Part shown: positions 32,862 to 43,314 of the stretch, one piece after another | Layout: the number at the start of each line of letters is the position of its first letter | Numbering within the stretch: position 1 is the first letter of the stretch | Assembly (NCBI GenBank): GCA_038062165.1 | Contig: JBBTXQ010000018.1 | Coordinates: 1 to 58,776 of the forward strand | DNA from: Patescibacteria group bacterium | GTDB taxonomy: Bacteria; Patescibacteriota; Minisyncoccia; Phycocordibacterales; DATDSR01 | Length of the DNA stretch: 58,776 bases | Direction: 5' to 3' | The notes under the pieces: generated by a model | The model's input: only the letters and a program-made list of their open reading frames with translations | What the model was told of the DNA's origin: nothing | Databases searched by the model: none | Translations under genes and position numbers: made by a program

Positions 32862-34763
32862 ATGTTAAATGTGGGCAGTGCTAATAATAAAACGAAATTA
32901 CCTGTAGTTATTCTGTTTGTTTCCATTATTTTTATTGCTGTTTTGGGTTATTCAATTGCTGATATTGATAACAACGTAGCTATTAGTCCAGCTTCAAACC
33001 TAGCTCAATCGTTACCCCAAAGTGGGCCGGACGGTTATTTTGATATTGCGGTTATTGATGCGCTCTATGGGACAAGTGCGCTCGGACAGAGAAATTTTGA
33101 CAGAGATGTGCTCGGGGTTATTAATTTGATTTCGACCACTTCGCCTTTCAAAGAACGTAAGTCCCAGTTAAAAGTTAACAAAGTTTTTACTGGACTTAAT
33201 TTTAACTGCGTTGCACTGGCTACCACAACCATTGGTTGTGATCTGACTCAAGTAACAGCCGAGCTCGCGAATAGGGGCATTAAATATGATAAGGCGATAC
33301 TGCTTACAAATTCCAAGGGATCTGGCCATGCCAGTTTGAATGCAACAATCACTCGAATTACTCGAACTAATTTGAACCTCTCCTTACATGAATTGGGCCA
33401 CATGCTCGGACTCTATGATGAAGGTCGTGTTTACAAATCAAATGCGCCATGGCAAGGTACAGATGCGAATATATACTCCGGCACATTGCCGAGTAGTACC
33501 TGGGTAAATCAAGGGATTGCGGCCCAATATACAAGAGGTTGTCTCTATCGAGATACATACTGTGCGTTGCCAATGAGTGTGATGCGCAGTCTCAACAAGC
33601 AGTACTTATACTACAGTCCGCCGGGGGAGTATGTGATTAATCAGAAGTTGGATGCTATTGCCGGGCCTTCACCGACTCCTTTCGTGCGTTTAACCACAAA
33701 CAAAACAATTGTTAAAAAGGGTGGCAGCTTGAACATGGGATGGTTTACTTTTGGCGCTACAAGTTGCATTGCCTCGGGAGAGTGGACAGGAGACAAGCCC
33801 ACGCACGGATATATTACCGTTACCCTTACTCAACCAGGCACTTATGTCTACACCATAAGCTGTATGGGTGGAGGCATAACTCTAAGCCGCAGTGTCTCGT
33901 TGATTGCGGATGATATACCGCCCATTGTGGACGCGCCCACAGTTGCGCCGATTAATTCTACGGGTCAACTGGAACGCTCGGTTACGATTTCTGCCGTGGC
34001 AAGTGACAATGTGGGCCTCGCTTCTGTTTCGTTTTACGTTGATGGTCGCAGAGCTGCTACCGACACTAAACCGCCATACGCTATCGGCTGGAATACAAAG
34101 AAGATTATAAACGGTCCGCACACGCTCGAAGCGGTGGCCACTGACCTGGCTGGGCACATGTCAACGAGTAGTCCCACGTTTGTAAATGTTTTAAATATTA
34201 ACGCTCCTCCGAGTGTTGACGCGGGAGCCGACAAAGTAGTCGCACAGACGGGTCCTGTGTCGCTTGTTGCCAAGATCATAGACGACGCTCTGCCTTATCC
34301 GTACAAGCTAATCGTTAGGTGGAAACTACTTACAGGCCCAGGGGCAGTCAAGTTTAACACAACTACAAAGAGTGCCGTGACGGCCACATTGTCTCTGTTT
34401 GGTACTTACAATTTCCAGATCGTGGTTTATGACAGGCAATACTATGCCACTGATACGATCTCTGTCTTGGTAGACAAGGATGCATTTGCAACCCCAACAT
34501 CAAGCTCAACCACCTTGACTCCTGAAGTGCCTAAAATAATCAAGAATTCACCCACGAGCTTCACTCTAACCACTATCGGCAGTGCAATATCAATTTCTTG
34601 GAGCAAAGTAAGTGGTCCGGGCGAAGTGACTTTCAGTAGACCGGATTCATTCTTCACCGACGTTACAGTCGATACTTCCGGCGAGTATGTTATAAGGCGC
34701 ACTGTTACCCTAATGGGAAGAAAATCTATAGACACAGATTTTAAAATCGTTGCAGATGAATAG
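32862..34763 (+). CDS. Secreted/anchored protein with a zinc-metalloprotease-like HExxH motif and Ig/PKD-like domains
   Basis: N-terminal TM/signal anchor; LHELGHMLGLYDE; Ig-like VSFYVDGRRAATDTKPPYAIGWNT...GPHTLEAVATD; C-terminal WSKVSGPGEVTF module. Confidence 0.6.
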   Translation: MLNVGSANNKTKLPVVILFVSIIFIAVLGYSIADIDNNVAISPASNLAQSLPQSGPDGYFDIAVIDALYGTSALGQRNFDRDVLGVINLISTTSPFKERKSQLKVNKVFTGLNFNCVALATTTIGCDLTQVTAELANRGIKYDKAILLTNSKGSGHASLNATITRITRTNLNLSLHELGHMLGLYDEGRVYKSNAPWQGTDANIYSGTLPSSTWVNQGIAAQYTRGCLYRDTYCALPMSVMRSLNKQYLYYSPPGEYVINQKLDAIAGPSPTPFVRLTTNKTIVKKGGSLNMGWFTFGATSCIASGEWTGDKPTHGYITVTLTQPGTYVYTISCMGGGITLSRSVSLIADDIPPIVDAPTVAPINSTGQLERSVTISAVASDNVGLASVSFYVDGRRAATDTKPPYAIGWNTKKIINGPHTLEAVATDLAGHMSTSSPTFVNVLNINAPPSVDAGADKVVAQTGPVSLVAKIIDDALPYPYKLIVRWKLLTGPGAVKFNTTTKSAVTATLSLFGTYNFQIVVYDRQYYATDTISVLVDKDAFATPTSSSTTLTPEVPKIIKNSPTSFTLTTIGSAISISWSKVSGPGEVTFSRPDSFFTDVTVDTSGEYVIRRTVTLMGRKSIDTDFKIVADE

Positions 34764-35493
34764 ATTGCTAAAAATTATAGTATCTTTTTTTGTTATTTAC
34801 GGATTATTTACTTATTACAAGGGAGTAGAGATTAGCAAACCACAAACAGCGACCTCAACATCCATCTCAACCTATACGAACGATGTAGAGATTAGCAAAC
34901 CACAAACAGTAACTTCTACGAAAAAAGTTATTTCAACCTCAACAACAACTCCAGAGATCGAGATAGATACAATAGAGGCAGGAGATCTGATAGGGGATTG
35001 GGATAGCAGTTTTTATCTAGATGAACTATCTGACACAGAAGAGTATGTAGAAGAATCTGAAACGGAATACCCAGAAATGGTAGAAGTTGAATATGAAGAA
35101 ATTACGTTGTCCGAGCAAGTTGTCGATTTTGGCACCGAGAACGAAAACGAAAATGAGGATGAGGTGGATGAGGAGATTGATATTGAAGAAACTATGTTAC
35201 CCGAGGAGATTGATAATGAAATGAGCCCTACTCAAGTTCAAACCCAAACACAAACCCAAACAATTAGTTTGCCAGTTTTGTATGCGGGTATCAATGTACC
35301 CCTACCTATTGGCGAGGAGATTATTGTCTCTTGGAGCAAAATAAGCGGTCCGGGCAATATGACTTTCAGCAACCCAAACGATTTAGTAACAAACGTTACT
35401 GTAGATAGTGTGGGCAATTATTTATTGCGCCGGACTATCTCTCAAGATGGAGTAGCTCCGATAATTTATGACTACGTCTTTATTGTGCAGTAG
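34750..35493 (+). CDS. Anchored acidic protein sharing the C-terminal WSK[IV]SGPG module
   Basis: TM helix; 25-nt direct repeat (34825-34849 and 34885-34909, coding VEISKPQT); Glu/Asp-rich middle; VSWSKISGPGNMTFSNP...GNYLLRRTI. Confidence 0.55.
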   Translation: MQMNRLLKIIVSFFVIYGLFTYYKGVEISKPQTATSTSISTYTNDVEISKPQTVTSTKKVISTSTTTPEIEIDTIEAGDLIGDWDSSFYLDELSDTEEYVEESETEYPEMVEVEYEEITLSEQVVDFGTENENENEDEVDEEIDIEETMLPEEIDNEMSPTQVQTQTQTQTISLPVLYAGINVPLPIGEEIIVSWSKISGPGNMTFSNPNDLVTNVTVDSVGNYLLRRTISQDGVAPIIYDYVFIVQ

Positions 35494-35521
35494 TCAGGAT
35501 TGTGTGCTAGAATGATTTTCT

Positions 35522-35608
35522 ATGGCTTTTCACAAACATCTTAATTGGCTCTTCGTGGCTTGTTTGGTTGTACTCGGGGCATTGACTATCATGGCCCTTT
35601 TCCTGTAG
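35522..35608 (+). CDS. Possible 28-aa hydrophobic micro-protein upstream of ftsH
   Basis: [34 protein letters not shown] lies 8 nt upstream of the ATG. Coding evidence rests on the ORF alone. Confidence 0.25.
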   Translation: MAFHKHLNWLFVACLVVLGALTIMALFL

Positions 35609-35618
35609 GAATAAGAAT

Positions 35619-38600
35619 ATGTCTCAAAATCTCAAGAACGACAAGCCCGACAAGGGCAGCAATAAGGGCGGCAATCCTTGGCGAGGACTTGGCACACATC
35701 TCTTTTCGGTTGTTTTAATTCTGCTTCTTCTTTCTAGTTTGTATTCTTTTTTCGCGGGCGAAGCTGGCAAAGCTGATCTAATTAGTATCTCGCAACTCGC
35801 TGCTGACATCCAAACAGAGAAGGTTTCTAAGATTAACGTAGAAGGAGACAGTCTTACAATCTCCTACAAAGATGGCACTGAAAAGAAATCTAAGAAGGAA
35901 GTTGAGTCAGCCCTTTCACAGAGCCTGATTAATTACGGCGTCACGAATGATAAATTAGCAAAAGTGTTGGTAGATGTCAGCAACCCAAGCGGCTTCGGCT
36001 ACTGGTTTCTCAATCTCCTGCCCATACTTGCCCCTATTCTCTTAATAGTATTCTTTATTTGGATGCTTACGCGACAAGTCAAGGGTTCGGCTATGCAAGC
36101 TTTCTCTTTCGGCCAAAGCAAAGCCAGAGTGATTGATCCAAATGATAAAACGCAGAAAGTTACATTCAAAGATGTTGCGGGGGTCAAGGAAGCCAAAGAA
36201 GAATTAAAAGAAATTGTAGATTTCCTAAAAAATCCAAAAAAGTTTCTGGATATCGGCGCCCGCATTCCCAAGGGCGTGCTCTTGATGGGTGCGCCCGGCA
36301 CAGGGAAATGCGTGGTGGGAGATACTCTAGTGCTTACAAACAAGGGTGTGATGGAAATACAAGATATCCCAAACTTCTTCGCGGTTGACGAACAGAATGT
36401 AGTTCACGGAGCCTCGCTACCTTCCTTTGATGACAAAAAGATAGAAAATATAATATCTAATGCCACACACTGGTACGATCTCGGAGTACAGAGGACAATA
36501 AAGATTACCCTTCGAAGTGGGTTAGAACTCGAAGGAACTCTTGAGCATCCAGTATTGATCATGTCTCCTGAAGGTTCGCTGGAGTTCAAAAAATTGGAGC
36601 ACCTTATGGCCGGAGATCAAATCGCCGTGTCTATAGATAATGGTGTTTTTGGAAGAAACAATAAAGTAGATGAGAAAACCGCTTATGTTATGGGTCTTCT
36701 CACGGGTGACGGTAATATGAGTCATTCAAGTAGGGTTGGCTTTACTACCACAGACAAGGAGTTGGAAGAAGTTTTTAAATCATTCATAGGAACTTACGAT
36801 ACTACCTCTCATGTTAGTTTGGCCACTGACGGAATAACGCACGTTGTAAATTCTTGGAAGTTAAAAAAGTATCTATATCAGGCAGGCATGTCATATTTAC
36901 TTTCCTATGATAAAGTTATTCCACCAACAATTTTACAATCACCTAGAGGTGTTGTCAGTGCTTTTTTGCGTGGTCTGTACGATACAGATGGCTCTTTTGA
37001 ACGATACGCTGTGACTTATTCAACGGTAAGTAAAAAGCTTTCGGAACAAGTTATGTCAACACTTTTGAATCTTGGCATATTACCTAACCGTCGTGTCAAG
37101 ATGCCAATAGCTTCTAATCGCCCTCGCCCTGTCTACGAAATCTCGATCACAGGGGAATCACTGATTTCCTTTGCTCGGGAAATTAATTTTGGACTTGGTC
37201 GGAAAAGAGACTTGCTCGAAAAATATATAAAGGAACATAAAGTTGGCAACACTAATGTAGATGTATTTCCTTATATTGCCAAAAAAGTTGATTCATGTTG
37301 GCGAGCAATGAGCAGCATGTCTTTAAGTCATGAAAAGCTGAGTAAATTAAATCAAAAAATTAGATACCGAGGGCGTATATCACGCTCCTCTCTTAAGTAC
37401 TTTGTAGGTGAATTCGAGAAAAGTGGGTGCAAACATTCAGATTTCCATTTTCTCAAAAGTCTTGTAGACGCCAAGCTCTTTTTCTCACCTGTTGATAGTT
37501 TAGAGAAGAGTGAGAATAGGGTTTACGATTTTACAATATCAAGAACACATTCGTTTATATCAAACGGGTTTATTTCCCACAATACGCTTCTAGCTCGGGC
37601 TGTAGCCGGTGAGGCCAAAGTGCCATTTTTGTATTTATCTGGTAGCGAATTTGTAGAAATGTTTGTAGGAGTTGGAGCTAGCAGAGTTAGGGATTTGTTT
37701 AAGATGGCCAAGAAGGTAGCTCCCGCAATAGTCTTCGTAGACGAGATTGACGCAGTGGGCCGTCATAGAGGATCGGGTTATGGTGGCGGCAATGACGAGC
37801 GTGAACAAACACTTAATCAGATCCTAGTTGAAATGGACGGTTTCGAGCCCAATGACAAAGTGATTGTCATGGCGGCGAGTGTGACCGGAGATACGCCTGT
37901 CCTAGTCAAGATAGATGGCAGATATGAACTAAAAGCAATAGCCGAAGTCGTAGATCCGCTCTATATGCCAAACGAAGAAGGCGTGGAGAAAGAAGCTAGA
38001 TCCCTTGAGGTTTTGGGCATGGAACCGTTGGTGCGAAAAAATCTAAAAAATAAGCAAAGTAAAAATATCTATTTTAAGTCAAGCGCCTTCAAGTATGTTA
38101 GAAGTGTGTTCAGACACCGTGTGTCTGAAATATACAAAATAGATTTTTTGGGAGGTTCACTTAGGACGACAGGCAACCATTCAGTTTTTGTTCGCAATAG
38201 GCTGGGAGTTCAAGCCCAGCGAGTCGATGAACTGAAGGCGGGTGATATTCTGGTTGATATCCCGTACGTAGCCAATAGGACAAATAAGTACCGCGAATTG
38301 CGTGCTCATAACTTTGTCCAGTCCGAAAATTACCACCTGACTATAAAAGTTTTTGAGGACAATCAGGATCTGCTCGCTGATTATGATTTTGCCATGCAAA
38401 ATAGATCAATTATGTCCCAATCAGCCATCGCTGGCCAGGTTGGAGTATCACAGACCACTATTTCCAAATGGCAGATTACTGACAGACGACCGAGAGAATT
38501 AAGCCGCGCCTATTTCGCCCATACACTGCCTGAGTGGGTGACAGTTACCCCAGGACTATGCAGACTATTGGGATATTACGTGGCTGAAGGATACGCTCGC

Positions 38601-40175
38601 AAGGAGTTAGATTTCTGTTTTAATTCTGGAGAGCGTGACTACATTGAAGATGTCAAGGAATTAATGCGATCAATTTTTGGCCTTGAAGCCCTAGCAGAGA
38701 GATCAATTACCCCCAATGCCACGAATATTGTCTTCTCCTCTGCCCCTCTGGCTCGCCTTTTCACCCAACTTTGTGGGAAGGGTGCACACAACAAACATGT
38801 TCCCGAGTTTCTTTTTGGGGCGCCACCGGACTACTTTATGGAGTTTTTTAGGGGTTATTTCAATGGTGATGGACACATAGATAAGCGTGGCCGGGTTGAG
38901 GTAACGTCAGTAAGCAAACAACTAATAACTGAATTGGCGTGGCTTTCAAGGATGCACGGGCTCAAGAGCTTCGTCCATAACTTCACTGTGCCCGCTGGTA
39001 GGACTATAAACGGTGGCCAACCTCTGCCGGAGACTTTGGCTTGGCGTCTTGGTTTCGGTAAAACACAAAACCCCTTGGGTCAAGCAGAGGGTAAGGCTAG
39101 TATAAAAAGACCCAAAATAATCAGTGTTACTAAGGAGAAATACGACGGGTATGTTTATGATTTTTGTGGTTGTGAGAACGAAGCATTTTTTGGTGGTATT
39201 ACGCCGATCCTTCTTCATAATACCAATCGGCCAGACGTGCTCGACCCGGCATTACTTAGGCCTGGCAGGTTTGATAGACGAGTAGTGCTTGATTTGCCAG
39301 ATCTAAAAGATCGAGAAGAGATCTTGCACATTCATGCTCGCAAGGTGCCAATGTTTGAAGACGTAGACTTTAAAGTGATCGCCACGCGCACGCCTGGTTT
39401 CTCGGGTGCGGATCTGGCTAATCTTGTGAATGAAGCGGCAATACTCGCCGCTCGCGAAGAACGCAAAGTGATCAGTCAGTATGATCTTATAAGAAGCGTG
39501 GAGAAGGTGATGCTTGGTCCCGAACGCAAATCACACGTTCTCTCACAAGAAGAGAAGCGCATTACTGCTTATCACGAAGGCGGACACGCACTTGTTGCGA
39601 GCGTGCTCGAACACGCTGATCCGGTGCACAAGATCTCGATTATTTCCCGTGGCCGTGCCGCTGGTTACACCCTTAAACTGCCGTTAGAAGAGAAGCGTCT
39701 GCATAATAAAAAGGCATTTCTAGATGATATTGCCGTGGGCTTGGGTGGTTACGCGGCCGAGGAACTTGTATTCGGTGATATCACAACCGGTGCCTCGAAC
39801 GACATCGCCAATCTCACTAATCTCGCTCGCAACATGGTAGCCCGTTTCGGCATGAGCGAAAAAGTCGGTCCGGTGGCGTATGACGATAGTGAATCACTTG
39901 CGCCCGGGCAAATGATAACAAGTAACGCATATTCAGAAGAAATGGCAGCGGTGCTAGATCAAGAAACTAAGCGCATAGTAAACGAAGCACTTGAGAAAGC
40001 AAACAAAGTGCTAAATAAGCATCGCAAAGCACTAGATGCCATAGCAGATAAACTAACCGAAGTCGAAACTCTTGAACAAAAAGATTTCGAAGATCTCTTA
40101 ATCCTCCACGGCATCAAACCTAAGAAATTAGCCCAGCGTAGCATCGGTGAAGTTGGGAAAGGGCAAGACAATTAG
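35619..40175 (+). CDS. ftsH: ATP-dependent zinc metalloprotease FtsH precursor containing two inteins
   Basis: Exteins read GAPGTGK|[24 protein letters not shown]|[18 protein letters not shown] and HEGGHAL. 1518 aa minus 425 and 448 aa leaves 645 aa. Confidence 0.95.
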   Translation: MSQNLKNDKPDKGSNKGGNPWRGLGTHLFSVVLILLLLSSLYSFFAGEAGKADLISISQLAADIQTEKVSKINVEGDSLTISYKDGTEKKSKKEVESALSQSLINYGVTNDKLAKVLVDVSNPSGFGYWFLNLLPILAPILLIVFFIWMLTRQVKGSAMQAFSFGQSKARVIDPNDKTQKVTFKDVAGVKEAKEELKEIVDFLKNPKKFLDIGARIPKGVLLMGAPGTGKCVVGDTLVLTNKGVMEIQDIPNFFAVDEQNVVHGASLPSFDDKKIENIISNATHWYDLGVQRTIKITLRSGLELEGTLEHPVLIMSPEGSLEFKKLEHLMAGDQIAVSIDNGVFGRNNKVDEKTAYVMGLLTGDGNMSHSSRVGFTTTDKELEEVFKSFIGTYDTTSHVSLATDGITHVVNSWKLKKYLYQAGMSYLLSYDKVIPPTILQSPRGVVSAFLRGLYDTDGSFERYAVTYSTVSKKLSEQVMSTLLNLGILPNRRVKMPIASNRPRPVYEISITGESLISFAREINFGLGRKRDLLEKYIKEHKVGNTNVDVFPYIAKKVDSCWRAMSSMSLSHEKLSKLNQKIRYRGRISRSSLKYFVGEFEKSGCKHSDFHFLKSLVDAKLFFSPVDSLEKSENRVYDFTISRTHSFISNGFISHNTLLARAVAGEAKVPFLYLSGSEFVEMFVGVGASRVRDLFKMAKKVAPAIVFVDEIDAVGRHRGSGYGGGNDEREQTLNQILVEMDGFEPNDKVIVMAASVTGDTPVLVKIDGRYELKAIAEVVDPLYMPNEEGVEKEARSLEVLGMEPLVRKNLKNKQSKNIYFKSSAFKYVRSVFRHRVSEIYKIDFLGGSLRTTGNHSVFVRNRLGVQAQRVDELKAGDILVDIPYVANRTNKYRELRAHNFVQSENYHLTIKVFEDNQDLLADYDFAMQNRSIMSQSAIAGQVGVSQTTISKWQITDRRPRELSRAYFAHTLPEWVTVTPGLCRLLGYYVAEGYARKELDFCFNSGERDYIEDVKELMRSIFGLEALAERSITPNATNIVFSSAPLARLFTQLCGKGAHNKHVPEFLFGAPPDYFMEFFRGYFNGDGHIDKRGRVEVTSVSKQLITELAWLSRMHGLKSFVHNFTVPAGRTINGGQPLPETLAWRLGFGKTQNPLGQAEGKASIKRPKIISVTKEKYDGYVYDFCGCENEAFFGGITPILLHNTNRPDVLDPALLRPGRFDRRVVLDLPDLKDREEILHIHARKVPMFEDVDFKVIATRTPGFSGADLANLVNEAAILAAREERKVISQYDLIRSVEKVMLGPERKSHVLSQEEKRITAYHEGGHALVASVLEHADPVHKISIISRGRAAGYTLKLPLEEKRLHNKKAFLDDIAVGLGGYAAEELVFGDITTGASNDIANLTNLARNMVARFGMSEKVGPVAYDDSESLAPGQMITSNAYSEEMAAVLDQETKRIVNEALEKANKVLNKHRKALDAIADKLTEVETLEQKDFEDLLILHGIKPKKLAQRSIGEVGKGQDN
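36309..37583 (+). mobile_element. Intein 1 in the FtsH Walker A (P-loop), with a LAGLIDADG homing-endonuclease domain
   Basis: It starts [10 protein letters not shown], has block [18 protein letters not shown] motifs LLTGDGN and [10 protein letters not shown], and ends FISHN followed by +1 Thr. Confidence 0.85.
37878..39221 (+). mobile_element. Intein 2 in the FtsH AAT|NRPD (sensor-1) site, with LAGLIDADG and HTH segments
   Basis: It starts [10 protein letters not shown] (Ser1), has block [10 protein letters not shown], an HTH-like [19 protein letters not shown], motifs [11 protein letters not shown] and [10 protein letters not shown], and ends ILLHN followed by +1 Thr. Confidence 0.85.
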
Positions 40176-40199
40176 AGCGTCTTGTGATAGTATATAAAT

Positions 40200-40451
40200 G
40201 TGAAAAAACAAAAACATAAAATATTGTCATATTTTGCAATTTTTGAACCAGCAGAAGAAGGTGGGTATAATGTAGCGTTCCCTGACTTTCCCGGCTGTGT
40301 CACTTTTGGTAAAAATTTTGAGCATGCCAAGGAGATGGCGAAAGAGGTTCTCGAACTCTGGCTTGAAGAGCTAGGATCACAGAAAGAAGAAATTCCAATA
40401 TACTCCGCTCGACCAATTATAGACCAAGTTGATATTGTTTTGGCATATTGA
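40200..40451 (+). CDS. hicB: HicB-family antitoxin
   Basis: YFAIFEPAEEGGYNVAFPDFPGCVTFGKNFEHAKEMAKEVLELWLEEL; GTG start 6 nt after TAGTAT. Confidence 0.8.
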   Translation: MKKQKHKILSYFAIFEPAEEGGYNVAFPDFPGCVTFGKNFEHAKEMAKEVLELWLEELGSQKEEIPIYSARPIIDQVDIVLAY

Positions 40452-40666
40452 TGAAACCATTAAGTGCTAAGAAGTTAATCGTTGTTCTTGAGAGCAACGG
40501 TTTTCTGTTTTCTCGTTCTAAAGGTAGTCATATGATTTATATTAATTCTCGAAATGGTGCCATGGTCCCGGTACCTCTCCATGGCTTAAGTCGCCCTATT
40601 CCGATAGGTACTTTTCTTAGTATTGTTAAACAATCAAGACTACCTAAAAAAGAATTCGGGGAGTAA
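40448..40666 (+). CDS. hicA: HicA-family mRNA interferase toxin
   Basis: LSAKKLIVVLESNGFLFSRSKGSHMIY...VPVPLHG...IPIGTFLSIVKQ. It overlaps hicB by 4 nt. Confidence 0.8.
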   Translation: MMKPLSAKKLIVVLESNGFLFSRSKGSHMIYINSRNGAMVPVPLHGLSRPIPIGTFLSIVKQSRLPKKEFGE

Positions 40667-40746
40667 TATATCAAGTTGCATGGTGTTTGTTTATATGGCG
40701 GGGTGACCTTTTCTTTTTGCGTTCAGCGCTTATACTACAGATATTC

Positions 40747-40819
40747 GGGCGTGTAGCTCAGTTGGTAGAGCGTTCGTCTTATACACGGAGGGTTCTTGGT
40801 TCGAGTCCAAGCGGGTGGA
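40747..40819 (+). pseudogene. tRNA-Ile(UAU)-like gene with a non-complementary acceptor stem
   Basis: The D-arm, anticodon arm (TTCGT-CTTATAC-ACGGA) and T-arm (CTTGG-TTCGAGT-CCAAG) all fold. However, the 5' GGGCGTG faces the 3' CGGGTGG, giving 3 mismatches. Its first 25 nt are identical to the tRNA at 43315. Confidence 0.5.
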
Positions 40820-40829
40820 CATGTCGAGT

Positions 40830-41102
40830 TTAGCCGTGATCGGGTTCGCTTTGGAGATCTTCAATGAGTATTCTCGCTTTGTCTCTTAGGGCGCGGCACT
40901 CGTTCTCACTATCTAAATCTGGGTGCTGTAACCCATATTTGTTGCATATTTGGGCGATTTTGGATTCTACCTCTAATATCTCGGCATTTATAATAGCTCC
41001 GCCGTGCCTTGCCATAATAAGTTCGGCCAGATCACCTAAATCCTGTATCTTCTCCTCTTTTGACCATACCACACTTTCTTTATTTTCCAGTTGATTTGCC
41101 AT
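40830..41102 (-). CDS. Hypothetical protein (90 aa)
   Basis: Clean ORF. I recognise no family. Confidence 0.45.
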   Translation of the reverse strand: MANQLENKESVVWSKEEKIQDLGDLAELIMARHGGAIINAEILEVESKIAQICNKYGLQHPDLDSENECRALRDKARILIEDLQSEPDHG

Positions 41103-41210
41103 GTTTGTTATTATATCACCATAAAATATTTGACTGGGGATAACATTATAGCGTTTTGTCTAGGGGGGGTTATAATGTGAAAGTATTGTATTAATAAATT
41201 AATAGAAATT

Positions 41211-42365
41211 ATGGATACTGAAAATAATAGTGGTAATAAGGGGCTCTATTGGATAGCGCTGTCAGGTCTCATTGTTGGTTTGATCACACTAATTATTGTG
41301 TATAAGCAACAGTCAGCCGTTAGAGTAAATCTTAACGAATCAGATGCTGCCGGTAATCCTTATATGTACGATGAGCCCCTCGATGTAAGTAATTTTATGG
41401 ATGCAGGGGATACTAGTGGTGCAGAATTCATTCCGTTGGAAGAAGGTCTAGATTCAGAAGATCTTGCCGCGGAAGTTATAAATACCACAAGTGTTAAACC
41501 GAGCTTTGAAATAGATGTAATTGTCCCTTCAGATCCCATATATATCGACGCTCCAACCATACTTGTGGGTAGTAATATAACCCCGGTCGCGCAATGGGCT
41601 ACGAAAACACCGGGTTCGTATCAGGGAGAGTCTGCCGCGGGAATGAGATTAACCATGGTCAGTGGTCCTTCTCAAGCAATGATACAGGCTAATGGGGGCA
41701 TTCCGGTTGCAGGTTCTCGGATTAAGGGCGATGGGCGTGTGTCTTTTGGCACACAATATCTGGCAATATTTACAGCTCCCGGCGACTACGTATTGAGGTA
41801 CACTTATACGTTGTGGAGAACTCCCATAGACAAAACACGGCCACCCACAAGATATCTTTGCTCCAACAATACTTGTCCAATCTATCCTACCCTCAAACTC
41901 CCTCCGGAAATTGTTACCAAAGACATTACGGTAACGGTCCTGGATAAGAGCGTGGCAACCGATCAGAAAGCATCCGCAAATCCTGATATAAAAATAGATG
42001 CTGGGAAAGATCAATCTGCTCGAACAAACAAGGCAATACGCTTGAGCAAGCATAGCTATGTGACTAAACGTTGCCTGGGAAAGCCCGCTGGATATTGCAA
42101 TGACAACATCGGGACTATCGGTGGCTGGACCAAAATATCAGGTCCTGGAGCAGTGACGTTTACCGGGAGTTTTTGGCGCTGTACCACAGGAGCAAACTAC
42201 GGAGAATCCTGCACGACAAGGAAGTTTACTAAAGCATATTACCCTTCGTTTGACACCACCTTTGCCGCTAAGTTTTCTGCCCCCGGAACTTACGTTCTGC
42301 GCTATGCGGTGTATGACACCAGTTATGGTTACGCGTATGATGACAAGGTGGTGACAGTAAAATAA
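41211..42365 (+). CDS. Anchored surface protein with PKD/Ig-like modules
   Basis: TM anchor LYWIALSGLIVGLITLIIV; C-terminal GGWTKISGPGAVTF...APGTYVLRYAVYD module related to those at 34.6 and 35.3 kb. Confidence 0.55.
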   Translation: MDTENNSGNKGLYWIALSGLIVGLITLIIVYKQQSAVRVNLNESDAAGNPYMYDEPLDVSNFMDAGDTSGAEFIPLEEGLDSEDLAAEVINTTSVKPSFEIDVIVPSDPIYIDAPTILVGSNITPVAQWATKTPGSYQGESAAGMRLTMVSGPSQAMIQANGGIPVAGSRIKGDGRVSFGTQYLAIFTAPGDYVLRYTYTLWRTPIDKTRPPTRYLCSNNTCPIYPTLKLPPEIVTKDITVTVLDKSVATDQKASANPDIKIDAGKDQSARTNKAIRLSKHSYVTKRCLGKPAGYCNDNIGTIGGWTKISGPGAVTFTGSFWRCTTGANYGESCTTRKFTKAYYPSFDTTFAAKFSAPGTYVLRYAVYDTSYGYAYDDKVVTVK

Positions 42366-42457
42366 AAGGAAGGTAGATCAGTACTTGAGAAAAGGTCGGA
42401 TCAATCAATTGAGCCGATCTTTTCTTTTATCTTTATGGTTAATCTTTCTTAATTCGC

Positions 42458-42463
42458 TATAAT
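42458..42463 (+). promoter_or_regulatory. -10 box 6 nt upstream of the CBS-protein ATG (leaderless-type)
   Basis: TATAAT-agaaag-ATG. Confidence 0.45.
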
Positions 42464-42469
42464 AGAAAG

Positions 42470-43126
42470 ATGAAGGTAACTGACATAATGACCACGGATG
42501 TGGTGACCGTTTTGCTAACGGATTCTATTGTGGTTGCGGCCGAGCGTCTTTTCACGCACGGCTTTGAAGGGTTGCCCGTGATTGACGAGCACGGTACTCT
42601 TGTGGGGCTTGTCACTCAAGGCAATCTGGTGGCCAAGAAGACGAACATTCACTTGCCCACACTACTCGTGCTCTTTAAAGAATTTGACCTATATCGCAAA
42701 GATAAGAAGTTCGTAAAAAGGGAGATAGACAGACTGCTCTCGCTCAAAGTCTCTGACGTTATGAACACCGAACCACCCCTCCTCTACGAAGGGGAGTCAG
42801 TAGATAGAGCCATCATGTATCTTAGTGCCATACACGGAGTTAATCCTACCTCCATAGTGACAGAAGCAAGACGACTCCTGGGAGTAATCACCAGACGTGA
42901 TCTATTTAAATTTTATAAAGAGAGTTCACCCAACATTGCTCCGGAGATACCTGCCGTTTCTCCTCTCGTTGACAACAGAGTGAACACTTTCATGAAGGAG
43001 TTCAAAGACAACTTTTTATTTATCTCCAGATGGCGTACTAAGGTTTGGATTACGGCAAACATTTTCTTCTTACTTACCGGTGTCATTGTCGCAGCCATCT
43101 TTATGTTGAGAGTGACATTTAATTGA
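42470..43126 (+). CDS. CBS-domain pair protein with a C-terminal TM helix
   Basis: MKVTDIMTTDVVTV...GFEGLPVIDEHGTLVGLVTQGNL and a second CBS repeat VSDVMNTEPP...GVITRRDL. Confidence 0.75.
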   Translation: MKVTDIMTTDVVTVLLTDSIVVAAERLFTHGFEGLPVIDEHGTLVGLVTQGNLVAKKTNIHLPTLLVLFKEFDLYRKDKKFVKREIDRLLSLKVSDVMNTEPPLLYEGESVDRAIMYLSAIHGVNPTSIVTEARRLLGVITRRDLFKFYKESSPNIAPEIPAVSPLVDNRVNTFMKEFKDNFLFISRWRTKVWITANIFFLLTGVIVAAIFMLRVTFN

Positions 43127-43314
43127 AGTGAGTATCCCGAACTCCATGGGCTACCTATTCGACAATTTCGTAGGCCGTATATTAAGAAAGCTACGTTTAA
43201 ATCACTTACTTACAAGGGAGGTTTTGGTCACGGTACCCGTAATGTTATGATTAGCAACGCGGGTTTGATGAGGAAGATTATGATGGGGTTACAGGTGTTG
43301 AAAGATCACTTTAT

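Noticed and set aside
35619-40175. The 1518-aa ORF as a novel multidomain FtsH fusion protein
   Set aside because: The extra 873 aa resolve into two canonical inteins with proper termini and homing-endonuclease motifs. The exteins join into a normal-length FtsH.
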